This document shows, one piece after another, positions 51,448-61,562 of a DNA stretch of 64,000 nucleotides. The stretch lies in the NCBI GenBank assembly GCA_963711565.1, contig CAVQEQ010000004.1, positions 960,001 to 1,024,000 of the forward strand, in the 5' to 3' direction. Under the pieces are notes generated by a model. It saw nothing but the letters and a program-made list of their open reading frames with translations. It did no database searches and was not told the DNA's origin. The position numbers and the translations under genes were made by a program. The stretch's first letter is position 1, and each line of letters begins with the position of its first letter. The stretch is from an uncultured delta proteobacterium (GTDB lineage: Bacteria; Desulfobacterota; Binatia; Binatales; Binataceae).

Positions 51448-51551
51448 CCCTGAGAGCAAAGTAGCGCGCCGCGCGCAACTTTGCGTTTTTCACTTTCACA
51501 CTGGGTGCAGGGGTCACCCCTGCCGCCCGCCGCGCAGGCGATTATTCTTTC
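51448..51551 (+). repeat. intergenic hairpin repeat family B, copy 3
   Basis: Near-identical to 43385-43470, with the GGGGTCACCCC variant. Confidence 0.85.
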
Positions 51552-51692
51552 TTGATATTTCTCGGCACACGACGCTTGCGGGCATCGCGACAACCGTTGT
51601 CATTCCGCCGCGCTAGACTTATGCACAGTGAGTTCGACGCCACCCGCATCGAAAGCTACAATCGAATGCGGATGGTGTGGGAGGTGGCTCTG

Positions 51693-52961
51693 ATGGAATC
51701 GGAAATGGTTGTGGCGGCGTTGGTTGTTCTGAGCGTCCTCTCGATCGCGGGGATTCTGATCGTAATTGCCCGCCTACGCGCTCTCTCTGCGAATGATTCC
51801 TTCGCGCAATTGACCGAGCGCCTGGATTCGATCGCGCGCAACCTCGACGAAAAATTGACCCAGACGCGCACCGACCTCGCCGGCCGCCTCCAGCAGGCAC
51901 AGGGCGATCTGAATCTTGCGACCGCCGATCGTTTGTCGGATGGATTCCTCAACCTCAACGCCGCGCTCGAGCAGCATCTCTCTGCCGGCCGGCAGGAGCA
52001 GGCGAACTCGCTGAAGCTCGAAATCGCTGCGCTGACCACACAAACCAGGGACAGCATCGAAGGCATTCGCGCTGATGTCGGCGATAAGCTGGCCGCCATC
52101 ACGAACACCGTGCAGGTGAAGCTGGACCAGAATATCAAGGACGGGTTTGCGCAGTTCGAAAAAGTTCAGAACCATCTCAACGAAGCGCAGGAACAGCTAA
52201 AAAACCTCGGCGTAATCGGCGCGTCAATCAACGACCTCAACAATCTGCTCAAGATGCCGCATCTGCGCGGCCGCTTCGGTGAGCAGGGCCTCGAGCGCCT
52301 GCTCGAGGATTTTCTCCCGCGTCACATGTACGACCTGCAGGCTTCGCCGGGCGGCGAGGGTTCGGGCCGCGTCGATGCGATCATAAAGTTTCCCGACCGC
52401 GTGCTGCCGATCGATGCGAAGTTTCCGCGCGAGCAGGTGCTTGCGCTTTTCGAGGCGAACGATCCTCAGGCTGTCGATCAGGCGCGCGTGGAATTCGAGC
52501 GCGTGATGAAGGAGCAGGCCAAACGCATCGCCGGCTACATCAGGCCCGAAGCGGGCACGACCGACATGGCCCTGATGTATCTGCCGAGCGAGACGCTGTA
52601 CATGGAAGCCGTCCTCAACGCCGAGCTCAGCGACTGGCTCAATCAGCGCCGCGTGTACCCGGTCTCGCCGAACACGCTGATCGTGACGCTGCAATCGATC
52701 CAGATGGTTTTCAAAATGTACGAGTATGCCAAGGGGCACGAGCGCGCGACCGAGGAATTGAAGAAGGCGCAGAACGCATTCGGCCATTTCGAGAATCAGT
52801 TCGAGGCGCTGGGCAAGTCGCTGTCGAAAGCGCAGGACGCGTTCGAAGTCGCCAAGGGTCATCTGACACGCTATCGCAATCGCGTCACCAACTTGACCGG
52901 CGAACCTGCCCCCGAGCTCGACTTCCCTCCGCCGCCGACCAACCTGCGAGAAATTGCGTAG
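51693..52961 (+). CDS. rmuC: DNA recombination protein RmuC
   Basis: N-terminal TM, coiled coil, RG.FGE, PIDAKFP, MYLPSE, SPNTL. Confidence 0.92.
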   Translation: MESEMVVAALVVLSVLSIAGILIVIARLRALSANDSFAQLTERLDSIARNLDEKLTQTRTDLAGRLQQAQGDLNLATADRLSDGFLNLNAALEQHLSAGRQEQANSLKLEIAALTTQTRDSIEGIRADVGDKLAAITNTVQVKLDQNIKDGFAQFEKVQNHLNEAQEQLKNLGVIGASINDLNNLLKMPHLRGRFGEQGLERLLEDFLPRHMYDLQASPGGEGSGRVDAIIKFPDRVLPIDAKFPREQVLALFEANDPQAVDQARVEFERVMKEQAKRIAGYIRPEAGTTDMALMYLPSETLYMEAVLNAELSDWLNQRRVYPVSPNTLIVTLQSIQMVFKMYEYAKGHERATEELKKAQNAFGHFENQFEALGKSLSKAQDAFEVAKGHLTRYRNRVTNLTGEPAPELDFPPPPTNLREIA

Positions 52962-52964
52962 CCG

Positions 52965-54155
52965 CTACTCGGATTCCTGATCGGACGGGGGCGGCGGCTT
53001 CAACTGGCTGCGCTCCTTGCCCGCGACAATCCATCGCTCGACTTCGTGACGCTCGCGTTTCAAAAATCCCGCAATCGCGCGCTTGAGATCCGGATTCGAA
53101 ACATAGTGGATACTTCGCGTGAGTGCCGGGTCGAAGCCGCGCAGCCATTTGTATTCGCCGCCGGCGCCCGGCTCGTAGCGCTGGATGCCGTTCAGAATCG
53201 AGTGCTCGATTCCCGCGTAGTAGCAAACATTGAAGTGCAGAAATCGAACCTCACGGAAGCATCCCCAATAGCGGCCGTACATCACGTTCGCCTTCGCGAG
53301 ATTGACCGCGCCCGCGATCAGCTCGCGCCCCGCGTACGCGCCGATAAAAACCATGTTGCGCTTGAAGGTCCTGCGGATGAGGTCGAAAAAATCCGGCGTG
53401 AGATAGCGGCGTCCCCAGTAAAGCTTCTCGATCGTCGAGCAATAGATTTGGTACATCTCGGCGAACATCTTGTCGGGAATTTCCTCACCGGCGACGACGC
53501 GGATGTGGACGCCCTGATCGTCCATCGCGGCGCGTTCGTGACGCACCGCCGTGCGCCGCTTGTGCTTGAGCCGGTTGAGGTAATCGTCGAAGGTCGCGAA
53601 GCCCGCGTTGTGCCAATGGTACTGGTAGCCGAGCCGCTCCATGAATCCGATCGGCGCGAGCGCACTGGCCTCGTCGGGCTCGCAGAAATTGACGTGCACC
53701 GACGAGAGCTTGTTGTCTTCGCAGATCGACGTGAGCGCCAGCCCCAGCAGATTTATCAGGCCCCCGCGATCGCTGCCCGGCGCTGTAAGAAATCGCCGGC
53801 CGGTATGCGGCGTGAACGGCACGCCGACCAGAATTTTCGGGAAGTAGCGGAGTCCGGCGCGCTCGGCTGCGTCGGCCCATCCGTGGTCGAAGACGAACTC
53901 GCCCATACTGTGAGTTTTGAGATAGAGCGGGCACGCTGCGACGACCTGCTTTTTTGGACCCTGCCGAACAATCAGGTGATACGGCGCCCATCCGGTGTCG
54001 CGCGCCGCCGAGCCCGATTGCTCCATCGCGCGCAGCCAGTCCCATTCGACGAACGGAGAATCGTCGGGCGCGAGCAGACCGTCCCACGCGTCGCGGGAAA
54101 TCTTGTCGATTCCCTCGACGATTGCGACTTCGAGTCGTGGCGCGGCATCATTCAT
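52965..54155 (-). CDS. GNAT/FemAB-like protein (DUF482)
   Basis: YLK.HS.GEFVFD..WA, VPFTP, YGRYWG, EPGAGG. Confidence 0.9.
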   Translation of the reverse strand: MNDAAPRLEVAIVEGIDKISRDAWDGLLAPDDSPFVEWDWLRAMEQSGSAARDTGWAPYHLIVRQGPKKQVVAACPLYLKTHSMGEFVFDHGWADAAERAGLRYFPKILVGVPFTPHTGRRFLTAPGSDRGGLINLLGLALTSICEDNKLSSVHVNFCEPDEASALAPIGFMERLGYQYHWHNAGFATFDDYLNRLKHKRRTAVRHERAAMDDQGVHIRVVAGEEIPDKMFAEMYQIYCSTIEKLYWGRRYLTPDFFDLIRRTFKRNMVFIGAYAGRELIAGAVNLAKANVMYGRYWGCFREVRFLHFNVCYYAGIEHSILNGIQRYEPGAGGEYKWLRGFDPALTRSIHYVSNPDLKRAIAGFLKRERHEVERWIVAGKERSQLKPPPPSDQESE

Positions 54156-54278
54156 GACGGACTCAAAATATCAGACTTATCGCAACCGAACCGATTTATT
54201 CCGATGCTCACTAGGCATCCGCGAATTTGTTATTATATTTATCAGACGGAGCGAGGCGCTCCGAGCGACAGAGGTGAG

Positions 54279-54653
54279 ATGGCTGATTTCGTGCGCACAA
54301 TTTCGGCGCGAATCACCGACGGCGACGGCAATGGCGACGGCCGCTCGGGCGACGGCGACATCGTCACCGAGCGCAAGACCCGCACCAAGTCGAAGACCGC
54401 CAAACCGCCTCTCTACAAGGTGATTTTGCTCAATGACGATTACACGCCCATGGAATTCGTCGTCGAAGTGTTGAAGGCGGTGTTTCATAAGCCGCATGCC
54501 GACGCGACGCGAATCATGCTGCACGTGCATCAGAACGGGATGGGCGTCGCGGGCGTGTATCCGTTCGAGGTCGCCGAGACCAAGACGCATACCGTCGAGG
54601 AACTCGCGCGGCAGGCCGAGTATCCGCTCAAATGCGTGATGGAAAAGGAGTGA
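54279..54653 (+). CDS. clpS: Clp protease adaptor ClpS
   Basis: GAGGTG RBS; [20 protein letters not shown]; YPL.C.ME. Confidence 0.96.
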   Translation: MADFVRTISARITDGDGNGDGRSGDGDIVTERKTRTKSKTAKPPLYKVILLNDDYTPMEFVVEVLKAVFHKPHADATRIMLHVHQNGMGVAGVYPFEVAETKTHTVEELARQAEYPLKCVMEKE

Positions 54654-54668
54654 CAGGCTATAGCATCG

Positions 54669-57014
54669 ATGGCTTCACCGAATAACAACATTATGATCAG
54701 CCGCGAACTGCAGGTAACCCTGCAACTCGCGATGACCGAAGCCGTTAACCGGCGCCATGAGTTCGTCCAACTCGAGCATCTGCTGTTCGCGATGCTCCAT
54801 GACGTGACGACGACCACGATTCTGAAAAGTTGCGGCGCCGACCTCGACGCGCTGCGGCGCAAGCTCGCGCATTACCTCGACGAGCAGGTCGAGCGGATGC
54901 CCAAGGGCGAAGAAGTCTCGCCGCGCTACGCGATCGGAGTGCAACGTGCTCTCCAGCGGGCAGCCTTGCATGTGCAGTCGGCGGGTCGCCAGGAGATCAC
55001 GGGCGGCAACGTGCTGGTCGCGATGTTCCACGAGACCGAATCGCCGGCGATTTTCTTTTTGCAGGAGCAGGGCGTCACCCGCTTCGACGTGATCAATTTT
55101 ATTTCGCACGGAGTGTCGAAGGCGGGCGCTGAGGATGAGGAGGACGGCGACGAATCCGACGGCAAGGATTCAGTCGAGCGCGAAGGCCATGAGCATGAGG
55201 GCGGCGACGAAGAGGGCGAGCGCAAGATGTCGCCGTCGAAGGCGCTCAACACTTACGCAATCAATCTCGCCAAGCGCGCGGCGGACGGAAAGATCGATCC
55301 GCTCGTCGGCCGCAAGAAGGAACTCGAGCGCGCGGTGCATGTGCTGCTGCGCCGGCGCAAGAACAATCCCGTGTTCGTCGGCGAGGCTGGAGTCGGCAAG
55401 ACCGCGCTGGCCGAGGGGCTCGCGCTGGCGATTCACAAGGGCGACGTGCCCGACGCGCTGAAGGGCGTCGAGATTTACGCGCTCGACATGGGCGCGCTGC
55501 TCGCGGGCACGCGCTTTCGCGGCGATTTCGAGCAGCGGCTAAAGGCGGTCATCAAGGCTGTAGTCGGCGACTCGAAACGGATTTTGTTCATCGACGAGAT
55601 ACACACGATAGTCGGCGCGGGAGCGGCGTCCGGCGGGACGATGGATGCGTCCAACCTGCTGAAGCCGGCGCTCGCGTCGGGCGATTTGCGCTGTATCGGA
55701 TCGACGACCTACCAGGAATACAAGCGCTCGTTCGACAAGGACAAGGCGTTGGCGCGCCGCTTCCAGCGAATCGACGTGGTCGAGCCGACGCAGGACGAGG
55801 CTGTGCAGATTCTCAACGGCATCAAGTCGTACTACGAGAAGCATCACAACGTCCGCTACACCAACTCGGCGATCAGATTGTCGGTCGAGCTGTCGGCGCG
55901 CTACGTCAACGACCGCTTCCTGCCGGACAAGGCGATCGACGTGATGGACGAGGCTGGAGTCGCGGGACATTTGCGCGGCACGGGCGCGACGGAGCCGGTG
56001 ACGGTCGGCACGCGCGACGTCGAACGCACGGTGGCGCGGATGGCGAAGATTCCGGAGCGCACGGTGTCGGCGACGGATCGCGGACGCTTGCAGACGCTCG
56101 ACGAAGATATGAAGCAGGCGGTGTTCGGCCAGGACGAGGCGATCAACTCGGTCGCTCGCGCGATCAAGCTCGCGCGATCGGGGCTGAGCCATCCCGATAA
56201 GCCGGTCGGCGCGTTCCTGTTCGCGGGACCGACGGGCGTCGGCAAGACCGAAGTGGCGCGGCAGCTCGCGAAGGTGATGGGCGTCGAGTTCATCCGCTTC
56301 GACATGAGCGAGTACATGGAGCGGCACACGGTGTCGCGGCTGATTGGCGCGCCGCCGGGCTACGTCGGCTTCGACCAGGGCGGACTGCTGACCGACGCAA
56401 TCAACAAGACGCCGCATGCAGTGCTGCTGCTCGACGAGATCGAAAAAGCGCATCCCGATTTGTTCAACATCCTGTTGCAGGTGATGGATCACGCGACGCT
56501 GACCGACAACAACGGTCGCAAAGCGGATTTCCGCAATGTGATCCTCGTGATGACAACCAACGCCGGCGCGCAGGAACTGTCGCGCGCGATGATCGGCTTC
56601 AGCGGCGGCCTCGGCCAGGGCAATCCGAAGGGCGTGCTCGAGCGAATGTTCTCGCCTGAGTTCCGCAACCGCCTGTCCGCAACAATCGAATTCGCACCGC
56701 TAAGTCCCGCGACGATGGAACGCGTGGTCAACAAGTTCATCGCGGAGCTGCAAGAGCGTCTCGACAAGCAGAAGGTCACGCTGACAGTAACGCCGGCCGC
56801 AAAGAAATGGCTGGCGGAACATGGTCACGATCCCCGCTTCGGCGCGCGTCCGTTGGGACGCCTGATCGAAAACGAGATCGCGCGGGAGTTAGCGGACCAG
56901 GTTCTCTTCGGCAAACTGACCAAAGGCGGCAAAGCAACCGCAGACCTCGACGGCGACAAGCTCGCATTCTCATACGAGCCGAATCCCGCCCGCCAGCCCG
57001 CCCCAGTAGCGTAA
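54669..57014 (+). CDS. clpA: ATP-dependent Clp protease ATP-binding subunit ClpA
   Basis: Two AAA modules ([16 protein letters not shown]), GAPPGYVGF; follows clpS. Confidence 0.97.
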   Translation: MASPNNNIMISRELQVTLQLAMTEAVNRRHEFVQLEHLLFAMLHDVTTTTILKSCGADLDALRRKLAHYLDEQVERMPKGEEVSPRYAIGVQRALQRAALHVQSAGRQEITGGNVLVAMFHETESPAIFFLQEQGVTRFDVINFISHGVSKAGAEDEEDGDESDGKDSVEREGHEHEGGDEEGERKMSPSKALNTYAINLAKRAADGKIDPLVGRKKELERAVHVLLRRRKNNPVFVGEAGVGKTALAEGLALAIHKGDVPDALKGVEIYALDMGALLAGTRFRGDFEQRLKAVIKAVVGDSKRILFIDEIHTIVGAGAASGGTMDASNLLKPALASGDLRCIGSTTYQEYKRSFDKDKALARRFQRIDVVEPTQDEAVQILNGIKSYYEKHHNVRYTNSAIRLSVELSARYVNDRFLPDKAIDVMDEAGVAGHLRGTGATEPVTVGTRDVERTVARMAKIPERTVSATDRGRLQTLDEDMKQAVFGQDEAINSVARAIKLARSGLSHPDKPVGAFLFAGPTGVGKTEVARQLAKVMGVEFIRFDMSEYMERHTVSRLIGAPPGYVGFDQGGLLTDAINKTPHAVLLLDEIEKAHPDLFNILLQVMDHATLTDNNGRKADFRNVILVMTTNAGAQELSRAMIGFSGGLGQGNPKGVLERMFSPEFRNRLSATIEFAPLSPATMERVVNKFIAELQERLDKQKVTLTVTPAAKKWLAEHGHDPRFGARPLGRLIENEIARELADQVLFGKLTKGGKATADLDGDKLAFSYEPNPARQPAPVA

Positions 57015-57019
57015 CCTCC

Positions 57020-57090
57020 GATACCCTCCTCCGATGTTGGAGGAGGGTTAGGGTGGACGACCATTTGCGGCGCGATTGTCTGTTGCGCCG
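57020..57090 (+). repeat. REP-like palindromic unit, copy 1
   Basis: CCCTCCTCC-GATGTT-GGAGGAGGG-TTAGGGTGG followed by a second GCGGCGC...GCGCCGC hairpin. Confidence 0.88.
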
Positions 57091-57174
57091 CGAGCATTGA
57101 ATTGATCGGACATCTGGCGAAGTCGCCGCCAGAGCCAAAGCAGAAAAAGTGAACCTAGGAGCCGATTTCTGGTC

Positions 57175-57690
57175 GTGACAGAACCAGTTGTCATTGAGGA
57201 TTACGATCCCGGGTGGCCGCGACGATACGAGACGTTGCGCGCGAGGGTTGCCGACGCCCTCGGCGGACTGGCGGCGAGGATCGAGCACGTCGGCAGCACG
57301 TCTGTCCCCGGACTTGCTGCCAAGCCGACCATCGACATCGTTGTTCTTCTCCGATCCGTGCACGATCTTCCTGCCGCTATAGAGGGACTTGCTCGACTTG
57401 GCTATGCGCATGAGGGCGATTTTGGAATCGTCGGTAGAGAAGCATTCGCGACCCCGCCAGGATACGCCGTGCATGACCATCACCTCTACGTGTGCGCCCC
57501 TGATTGGGTTGGATTCGAAGATCAAATACTCTTCCGCGATTATCTGCGCGCCCACCCAAGAATTGCTAACGCGTATGCGCGCTTGAAGCGCTCATTGGCG
57601 AACAAGCACCGACATAACCGTCCCGCCTATCCCGACGCGAAGGCTGGTTTCGTCAGAGCCGTTCTTGAGCGCGCCCGCCACGCACGATGA
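57175..57690 (+). CDS. GrpB (UPF0157) family protein
   Basis: YDP.WP, IEHVGSTSVPGLAAKP.IDI, FRDYLR, Y..LK. Confidence 0.93.
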   Translation: MTEPVVIEDYDPGWPRRYETLRARVADALGGLAARIEHVGSTSVPGLAAKPTIDIVVLLRSVHDLPAAIEGLARLGYAHEGDFGIVGREAFATPPGYAVHDHHLYVCAPDWVGFEDQILFRDYLRAHPRIANAYARLKRSLANKHRHNRPAYPDAKAGFVRAVLERARHAR

Positions 57691-57773
57691 CTACTTGTCA
57701 AGTATATAATTCCCCATGGAGGAGGGAATTCTGATTTTCAGATCTGATCGGCGGGCTTCTGCAGCACCGTTGG

Positions 57774-57827
57774 CTGGCATTCTCATACGAGCCGAATCCC
57801 GCGAGACGACCTGCGCCGGTTGCGTAA
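57774..57827 (+). pseudogene. duplicated 3' fragment of clpA
   Basis: Translates [17 protein letters not shown] versus ClpA end [17 protein letters not shown]. Confidence 0.85.
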
Positions 57828-57832
57828 GCTCC

Positions 57833-58377
57833 GATTCCCTCCTCCGATGTTGGAGGAGGGTTAGGGTGGAGGACCATTTGCGGCGCGATAATCTGACGCG
57901 CCGCACGCATTACGTCCCCTTCTTGCCGGTTCGCAGCGTTGGCTGGAGAACTTCGGCGATCCGCGCAACAACGGAATCGACATCGCTCATTACATCGAAG
58001 TTCCAGAATCGCAACACGCGATATCCGTTGCCGCGCAGGAACTCGCTCCGGCTTTCGTCCCGCTCTTCCTGATCGGCATGCTGTGAACCATCAACTTCGA
58101 TGATCAGTCTCGCCTCCAGGCAAACGAAGTCGACGAAGAAGGGGCCAATTGAGAATTGCCTGCGGAATTGGAACCCATCGAGCTGCCTTTTGCGCAAGCG
58201 CGACCACAACTTCTGTTCGGCTTCCGTGGCGGTGGCGCGCAGTCTGCGCGCGGTATCGCGTGGGAGCGTTGGTTCGTGAGGCACGCGCGTGCACTTGTCA
58301 GAATTACGGCGCAGCAGACAATCGCGCAGCAAATGGTCCTCCACCCTAACTCTCCTCCAACCTAGGAGGAGGGAATC
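57833..58377. mobile_element. putative REP-flanked DUF559 element
   Basis: ~71-bp inverted repeats at 57833-57903 and 58307-58377 enclose a single DUF559 gene. Confidence 0.6.
57910..58284 (-). CDS. DUF559 / Vsr-like endonuclease domain protein
   Basis: ARRLR...TEAE.KLW..LR, FRRQ, VDF.C, IEVDG.QH, VLRFWN. Confidence 0.92.
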   Translation of the reverse strand: MPHEPTLPRDTARRLRATATEAEQKLWSRLRKRQLDGFQFRRQFSIGPFFVDFVCLEARLIIEVDGSQHADQEERDESRSEFLRGNGYRVLRFWNFDVMSDVDSVVARIAEVLQPTLRTGKKGT

Positions 58378-58975
58378 AGGCGATTGCCAATCCAGCTTCG
58401 GTGAGGCGAGCCTCCAGCACTGGGATTCGGTCGTGGCCCCAGAACGGTTCGCCTTCGAAGAAGAATAGCGGGACGCCGAAGACGTGATCATTCGCGGCTT
58501 CGTCCTGGGCGCGCTGATAGGCTAGGGCGCCATCGCCTGACAGATATTTGCGATAGTCGCCGGCTGACATGCCGAGACTCGCGATCACACTCGCGACTGC
58601 GTCGGGCTGATCGGCTTCCAGTTCGCGCTTGAAGAACAGTTCGTACACTCGACGACTGTAATCGAGCAGGCGGCCATGCTGCTCCGCGAAGAGGCCGCCG
58701 ATCAGCGCGGGAGTTGTGTCGTAGACCTTCAGCGGTCCGCGAATTATCAGGCCGCGCGGCTTGGCCCATCGGCGGGCGTCGAGGTACGAGTACTGCGCCT
58801 TGTGCTCCGAGTAGAGACTGCGCTCGCCCTTGCCCTTGATGCGTAGCTGGAAGGGAATCCATCGCAGCCGAATGCGATAGCGCTGCTCGAGCGCGAACGC
58901 GGGATCGAACGCGAGGTAAGCGAACGGACTCTTGTAGTCCGAGTACATTTTCACTTCTTTTTTCAGTGAATTCAC
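58376..58975 (-). CDS. DsbA-like / 2-hydroxychromene-2-carboxylate isomerase family protein
   Basis: DYKSPFAYL, D.RRWA, VFGVP.F...E.FWG.DR. Confidence 0.88.
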   Translation of the reverse strand: MNSLKKEVKMYSDYKSPFAYLAFDPAFALEQRYRIRLRWIPFQLRIKGKGERSLYSEHKAQYSYLDARRWAKPRGLIIRGPLKVYDTTPALIGGLFAEQHGRLLDYSRRVYELFFKRELEADQPDAVASVIASLGMSAGDYRKYLSGDGALAYQRAQDEAANDHVFGVPLFFFEGEPFWGHDRIPVLEARLTEAGLAIA

Positions 58976-58985
58976 ACCTAGAGTT

Positions 58986-60617
58986 TTAGATCTGCTCCGA
59001 AGGTTTTTGCAGCACGGTCGGATGCACGAATTCCGCGCCGCCCGTCTCGGGATGATCGATGTTGTAGTGCAGGCCGCGCGATTCGCGCCGGCTCATCGCC
59101 GAGCGCACGACCAGCTCGGCGACCTTCGCCAGGTTGCGCAGCTCGATCGTGTCGGCGTCGAGCAGATGGTCCCAGTAGTAGCTGTGAATCTCGTCCTTCA
59201 CCAGCTCGATTCGTCGCAGCGCGCGCTCGAGGCGCCGGTCGCTGCGCACGATGCCGACGTAGTTCCACATCAGGCGGCGAATCTCGTCCCAGCTCTGCGT
59301 GATCATCACGCGCTCCTCGCTGCGAATCGCGCGTCCGGGGTTCCATTCGGGAAACTCGGGCGGCGCACCACCGCGTGATATGACGATCTCTCGCGCCGAG
59401 TTGAATCCACGACGGCCCATCACGGCCGCTTCGAGCAGCGAGTTCGACGCGAGGCGGTTGGCGCCGTGCAGCCCGGTCATCGCAACTTCGCCGGCCGCGT
59501 ACAGGCGCGGAATCGAGGTGCGGCCGTCGAGGTCGGTCTGCACGCCGCCGCACATATAATGAGCGGCCGGCACGACCGGGATCGGGCCCTTGGTGAGGTC
59601 GTAGCCAAAGCTCAAGCATCGCTTGAAGATATTCGGGAAGCGCCGCTTGATGAAATTCGCCTCGCGATGGCTCAAATCCAGGTACACGAAATCGAGGCCG
59701 TGACGCTTCATCTCGGAATCGATCGCGCGCGCAACAACGTCGCGCGGCGCCAGCTCGGCGTCGGTATGGTAGCGCTTCATGAACGCGGTGCCGTCGGGCA
59801 ATTTCAGAATGGCGCCCTCGCCGCGCAGCGCCTCGGAAATCAGAAACGACTTGGCGGCGGGATGGTACAGGCAGGTCGGATGGAACTGGTAGAACTCGAG
59901 GTTCGCGACCGACGCGCCCGCGCGATATGCCATCGCGACGCCGTCGCCCGACGCGATGTCGGGATTGGTGGTGTAGAGATAAACCTTGCCGGCGCCGCCC
60001 GTCGCAAGCATCGTGGCGCGCGAAATCACTTTGCGGATTTCGTGCGTGTTGCGATCGAGCGCATAGACGCCCCAGCATGCGCCTGGCCGTCCGGCGCTGG
60101 GAGTCTCGACCAGCAGATTGATCGCGACGTGATTTTGCAGCGTGCGGATATTCGGGCGCGCGGCTGCGGCCTCGGTCAGCGCGCGCATTATCTCGCGGCC
60201 GGTGAGGTCTTGCGCATGCAGCACGCGACGATGGCTATGCCCGCCTTCCTGGCCGAGGTCGTATTCGAGTTCGTTGTCGTCGGTCCCCGTGTTCTCGACG
60301 CGCGTGAAGCGAGTGCCGAGCCGGATCAGCTCGCGCACCGCCTCGGGACCTTCGCGCACGATGGTCTCGACAGCGGCGCGATCGCACAGGCCCGCGCCTG
60401 CGCGGATGGTGTCGTCGATATGCGATTCGAACGAGTCGTCGACGCTCCACACGCTGGCGATGCCGCCCTGCGCGTACGCGGTGTTGGCCTCGGAGCTGCC
60501 GGCCTTGGTCAGCACGGTGACAGTGCCGACTTCGGACGCCTTGATGGCGAAGGTCAGGCCGGCGATGCCGCCGCCGATTACCAGGAAGTCGCTGAATAGT
60601 TGCGCGTTATGCCTCAT
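58986..60617 (-). CDS. nadB: L-aspartate oxidase
   Basis: AQGGIA, EGGHS..R..H, QFHPT, LAPRD, AHY.CGG, HGANRLASNSL, ESRGLH. Confidence 0.97.
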   Translation of the reverse strand: MRHNAQLFSDFLVIGGGIAGLTFAIKASEVGTVTVLTKAGSSEANTAYAQGGIASVWSVDDSFESHIDDTIRAGAGLCDRAAVETIVREGPEAVRELIRLGTRFTRVENTGTDDNELEYDLGQEGGHSHRRVLHAQDLTGREIMRALTEAAAARPNIRTLQNHVAINLLVETPSAGRPGACWGVYALDRNTHEIRKVISRATMLATGGAGKVYLYTTNPDIASGDGVAMAYRAGASVANLEFYQFHPTCLYHPAAKSFLISEALRGEGAILKLPDGTAFMKRYHTDAELAPRDVVARAIDSEMKRHGLDFVYLDLSHREANFIKRRFPNIFKRCLSFGYDLTKGPIPVVPAAHYMCGGVQTDLDGRTSIPRLYAAGEVAMTGLHGANRLASNSLLEAAVMGRRGFNSAREIVISRGGAPPEFPEWNPGRAIRSEERVMITQSWDEIRRLMWNYVGIVRSDRRLERALRRIELVKDEIHSYYWDHLLDADTIELRNLAKVAELVVRSAMSRRESRGLHYNIDHPETGGAEFVHPTVLQKPSEQI

Positions 60618-60789
60618 CAGGTTGGCCTCGTTGTGTCAATTTGACGCTACTAGGTCTGCGCGCGGCCAGTCAAGGCGATCGAGCTGCTGCGATTTGCCCC
60701 CTCTGAGCGATTCCAATATTCTTGATGGCGCGGATCGAAACGAAAAAACGCAAGATTCGTCTAGAGGCTGAGGGACCAATCCCGTGCCG

Positions 60790-61371
60790 ATGACGCCGCC
60801 CAACATTGTCACGCTTTTCAGAATCGCACTCGCACCGGTGCTGATCTGGATCCTGATGCACACCGGGCCGGAGGCGTCGTGGATTGCGGCGGGCGTGTTC
60901 TTCATCGCGACGGTCAGCGATTTTTTCGACGGCTACCTGGCGCGCAGCTACGACTACGTCACCACGCTCGGCAAATTTCTCGATCCGATGGCCGACAAGC
61001 TGATCGTGACCACGGCGCTGATCATGCTCGCGGGGATGGCGCGCACGCCGCACGTGCCGGCGTGGATGGTGGTAGTTCTCGTGACGCGCGAAATAATGGT
61101 GACGGGGCTGCGCGCGGTCGCGGCGGCCGAGGGGCTGATCGTCGGCGCGGAGGAGCTCGGCAAGTACAAGATGACGCTGCAGTCGATCGCGATTCACGGT
61201 CTGCTGATTCATTACACGTACCTGCACGTCGATTTCTACGCGGCCGGGATGTTCATCCTGTGGCTCGCGATGGGCGTGAGCATGTGGTCGGGCGCCGACT
61301 ACTACGTGCGCGTGGTCTCGGCATTGCGGCCGAAGCCGGTGGCAGCGGCGGGCAAGCGCGCGGCGATTTGA
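60790..61371 (+). CDS. pgsA: CDP-diacylglycerol--glycerol-3-phosphate 3-phosphatidyltransferase
   Basis: PN..T..R, D..DG.LAR...T..G.FLDP.ADK; followed by tRNA-Gly. Confidence 0.95.
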   Translation: MTPPNIVTLFRIALAPVLIWILMHTGPEASWIAAGVFFIATVSDFFDGYLARSYDYVTTLGKFLDPMADKLIVTTALIMLAGMARTPHVPAWMVVVLVTREIMVTGLRAVAAAEGLIVGAEELGKYKMTLQSIAIHGLLIHYTYLHVDFYAAGMFILWLAMGVSMWSGADYYVRVVSALRPKPVAAAGKRAAI

Positions 61372-61423
61372 CAGCGGCGCTCGCGCCGGATAATCAAGTG
61401 GATTCGATCTACCGGTTTGGAGA

Positions 61424-61499
61424 GCGGGTGTAGCTCAGTTGGTAGAGCGCGTGCTTGCCAAGCACGAGGTCGTCGGTTCGAAACCGATCACCCGCTCCA
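61424..61499 (+). tRNA. tRNA-Gly(GCC)
   Basis: GCGGGTG/CACCCGC stem, TTGCCAA anticodon loop, TTCGAAA T-loop, CCA. Confidence 0.97.
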
Positions 61500-61562
61500 G
61501 TTTCGAGGGTCCCAAGTCTCCCGCCCCTGCGTAGGTCCGCCGAAAAAGCACCGGAGCCGGAA

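Noticed and set aside
53046-54278. Long N-terminal extension of ClpS (535-aa ORF)
   Set aside because: Overlaps the DUF482 gene antisense; true start is ATG 54279 after GAGGTG
58285-58491. N-terminal extension of the DUF559 ORF
   Set aside because: Runs through the repeat and the DsbA-like gene; family similarity starts near 58284
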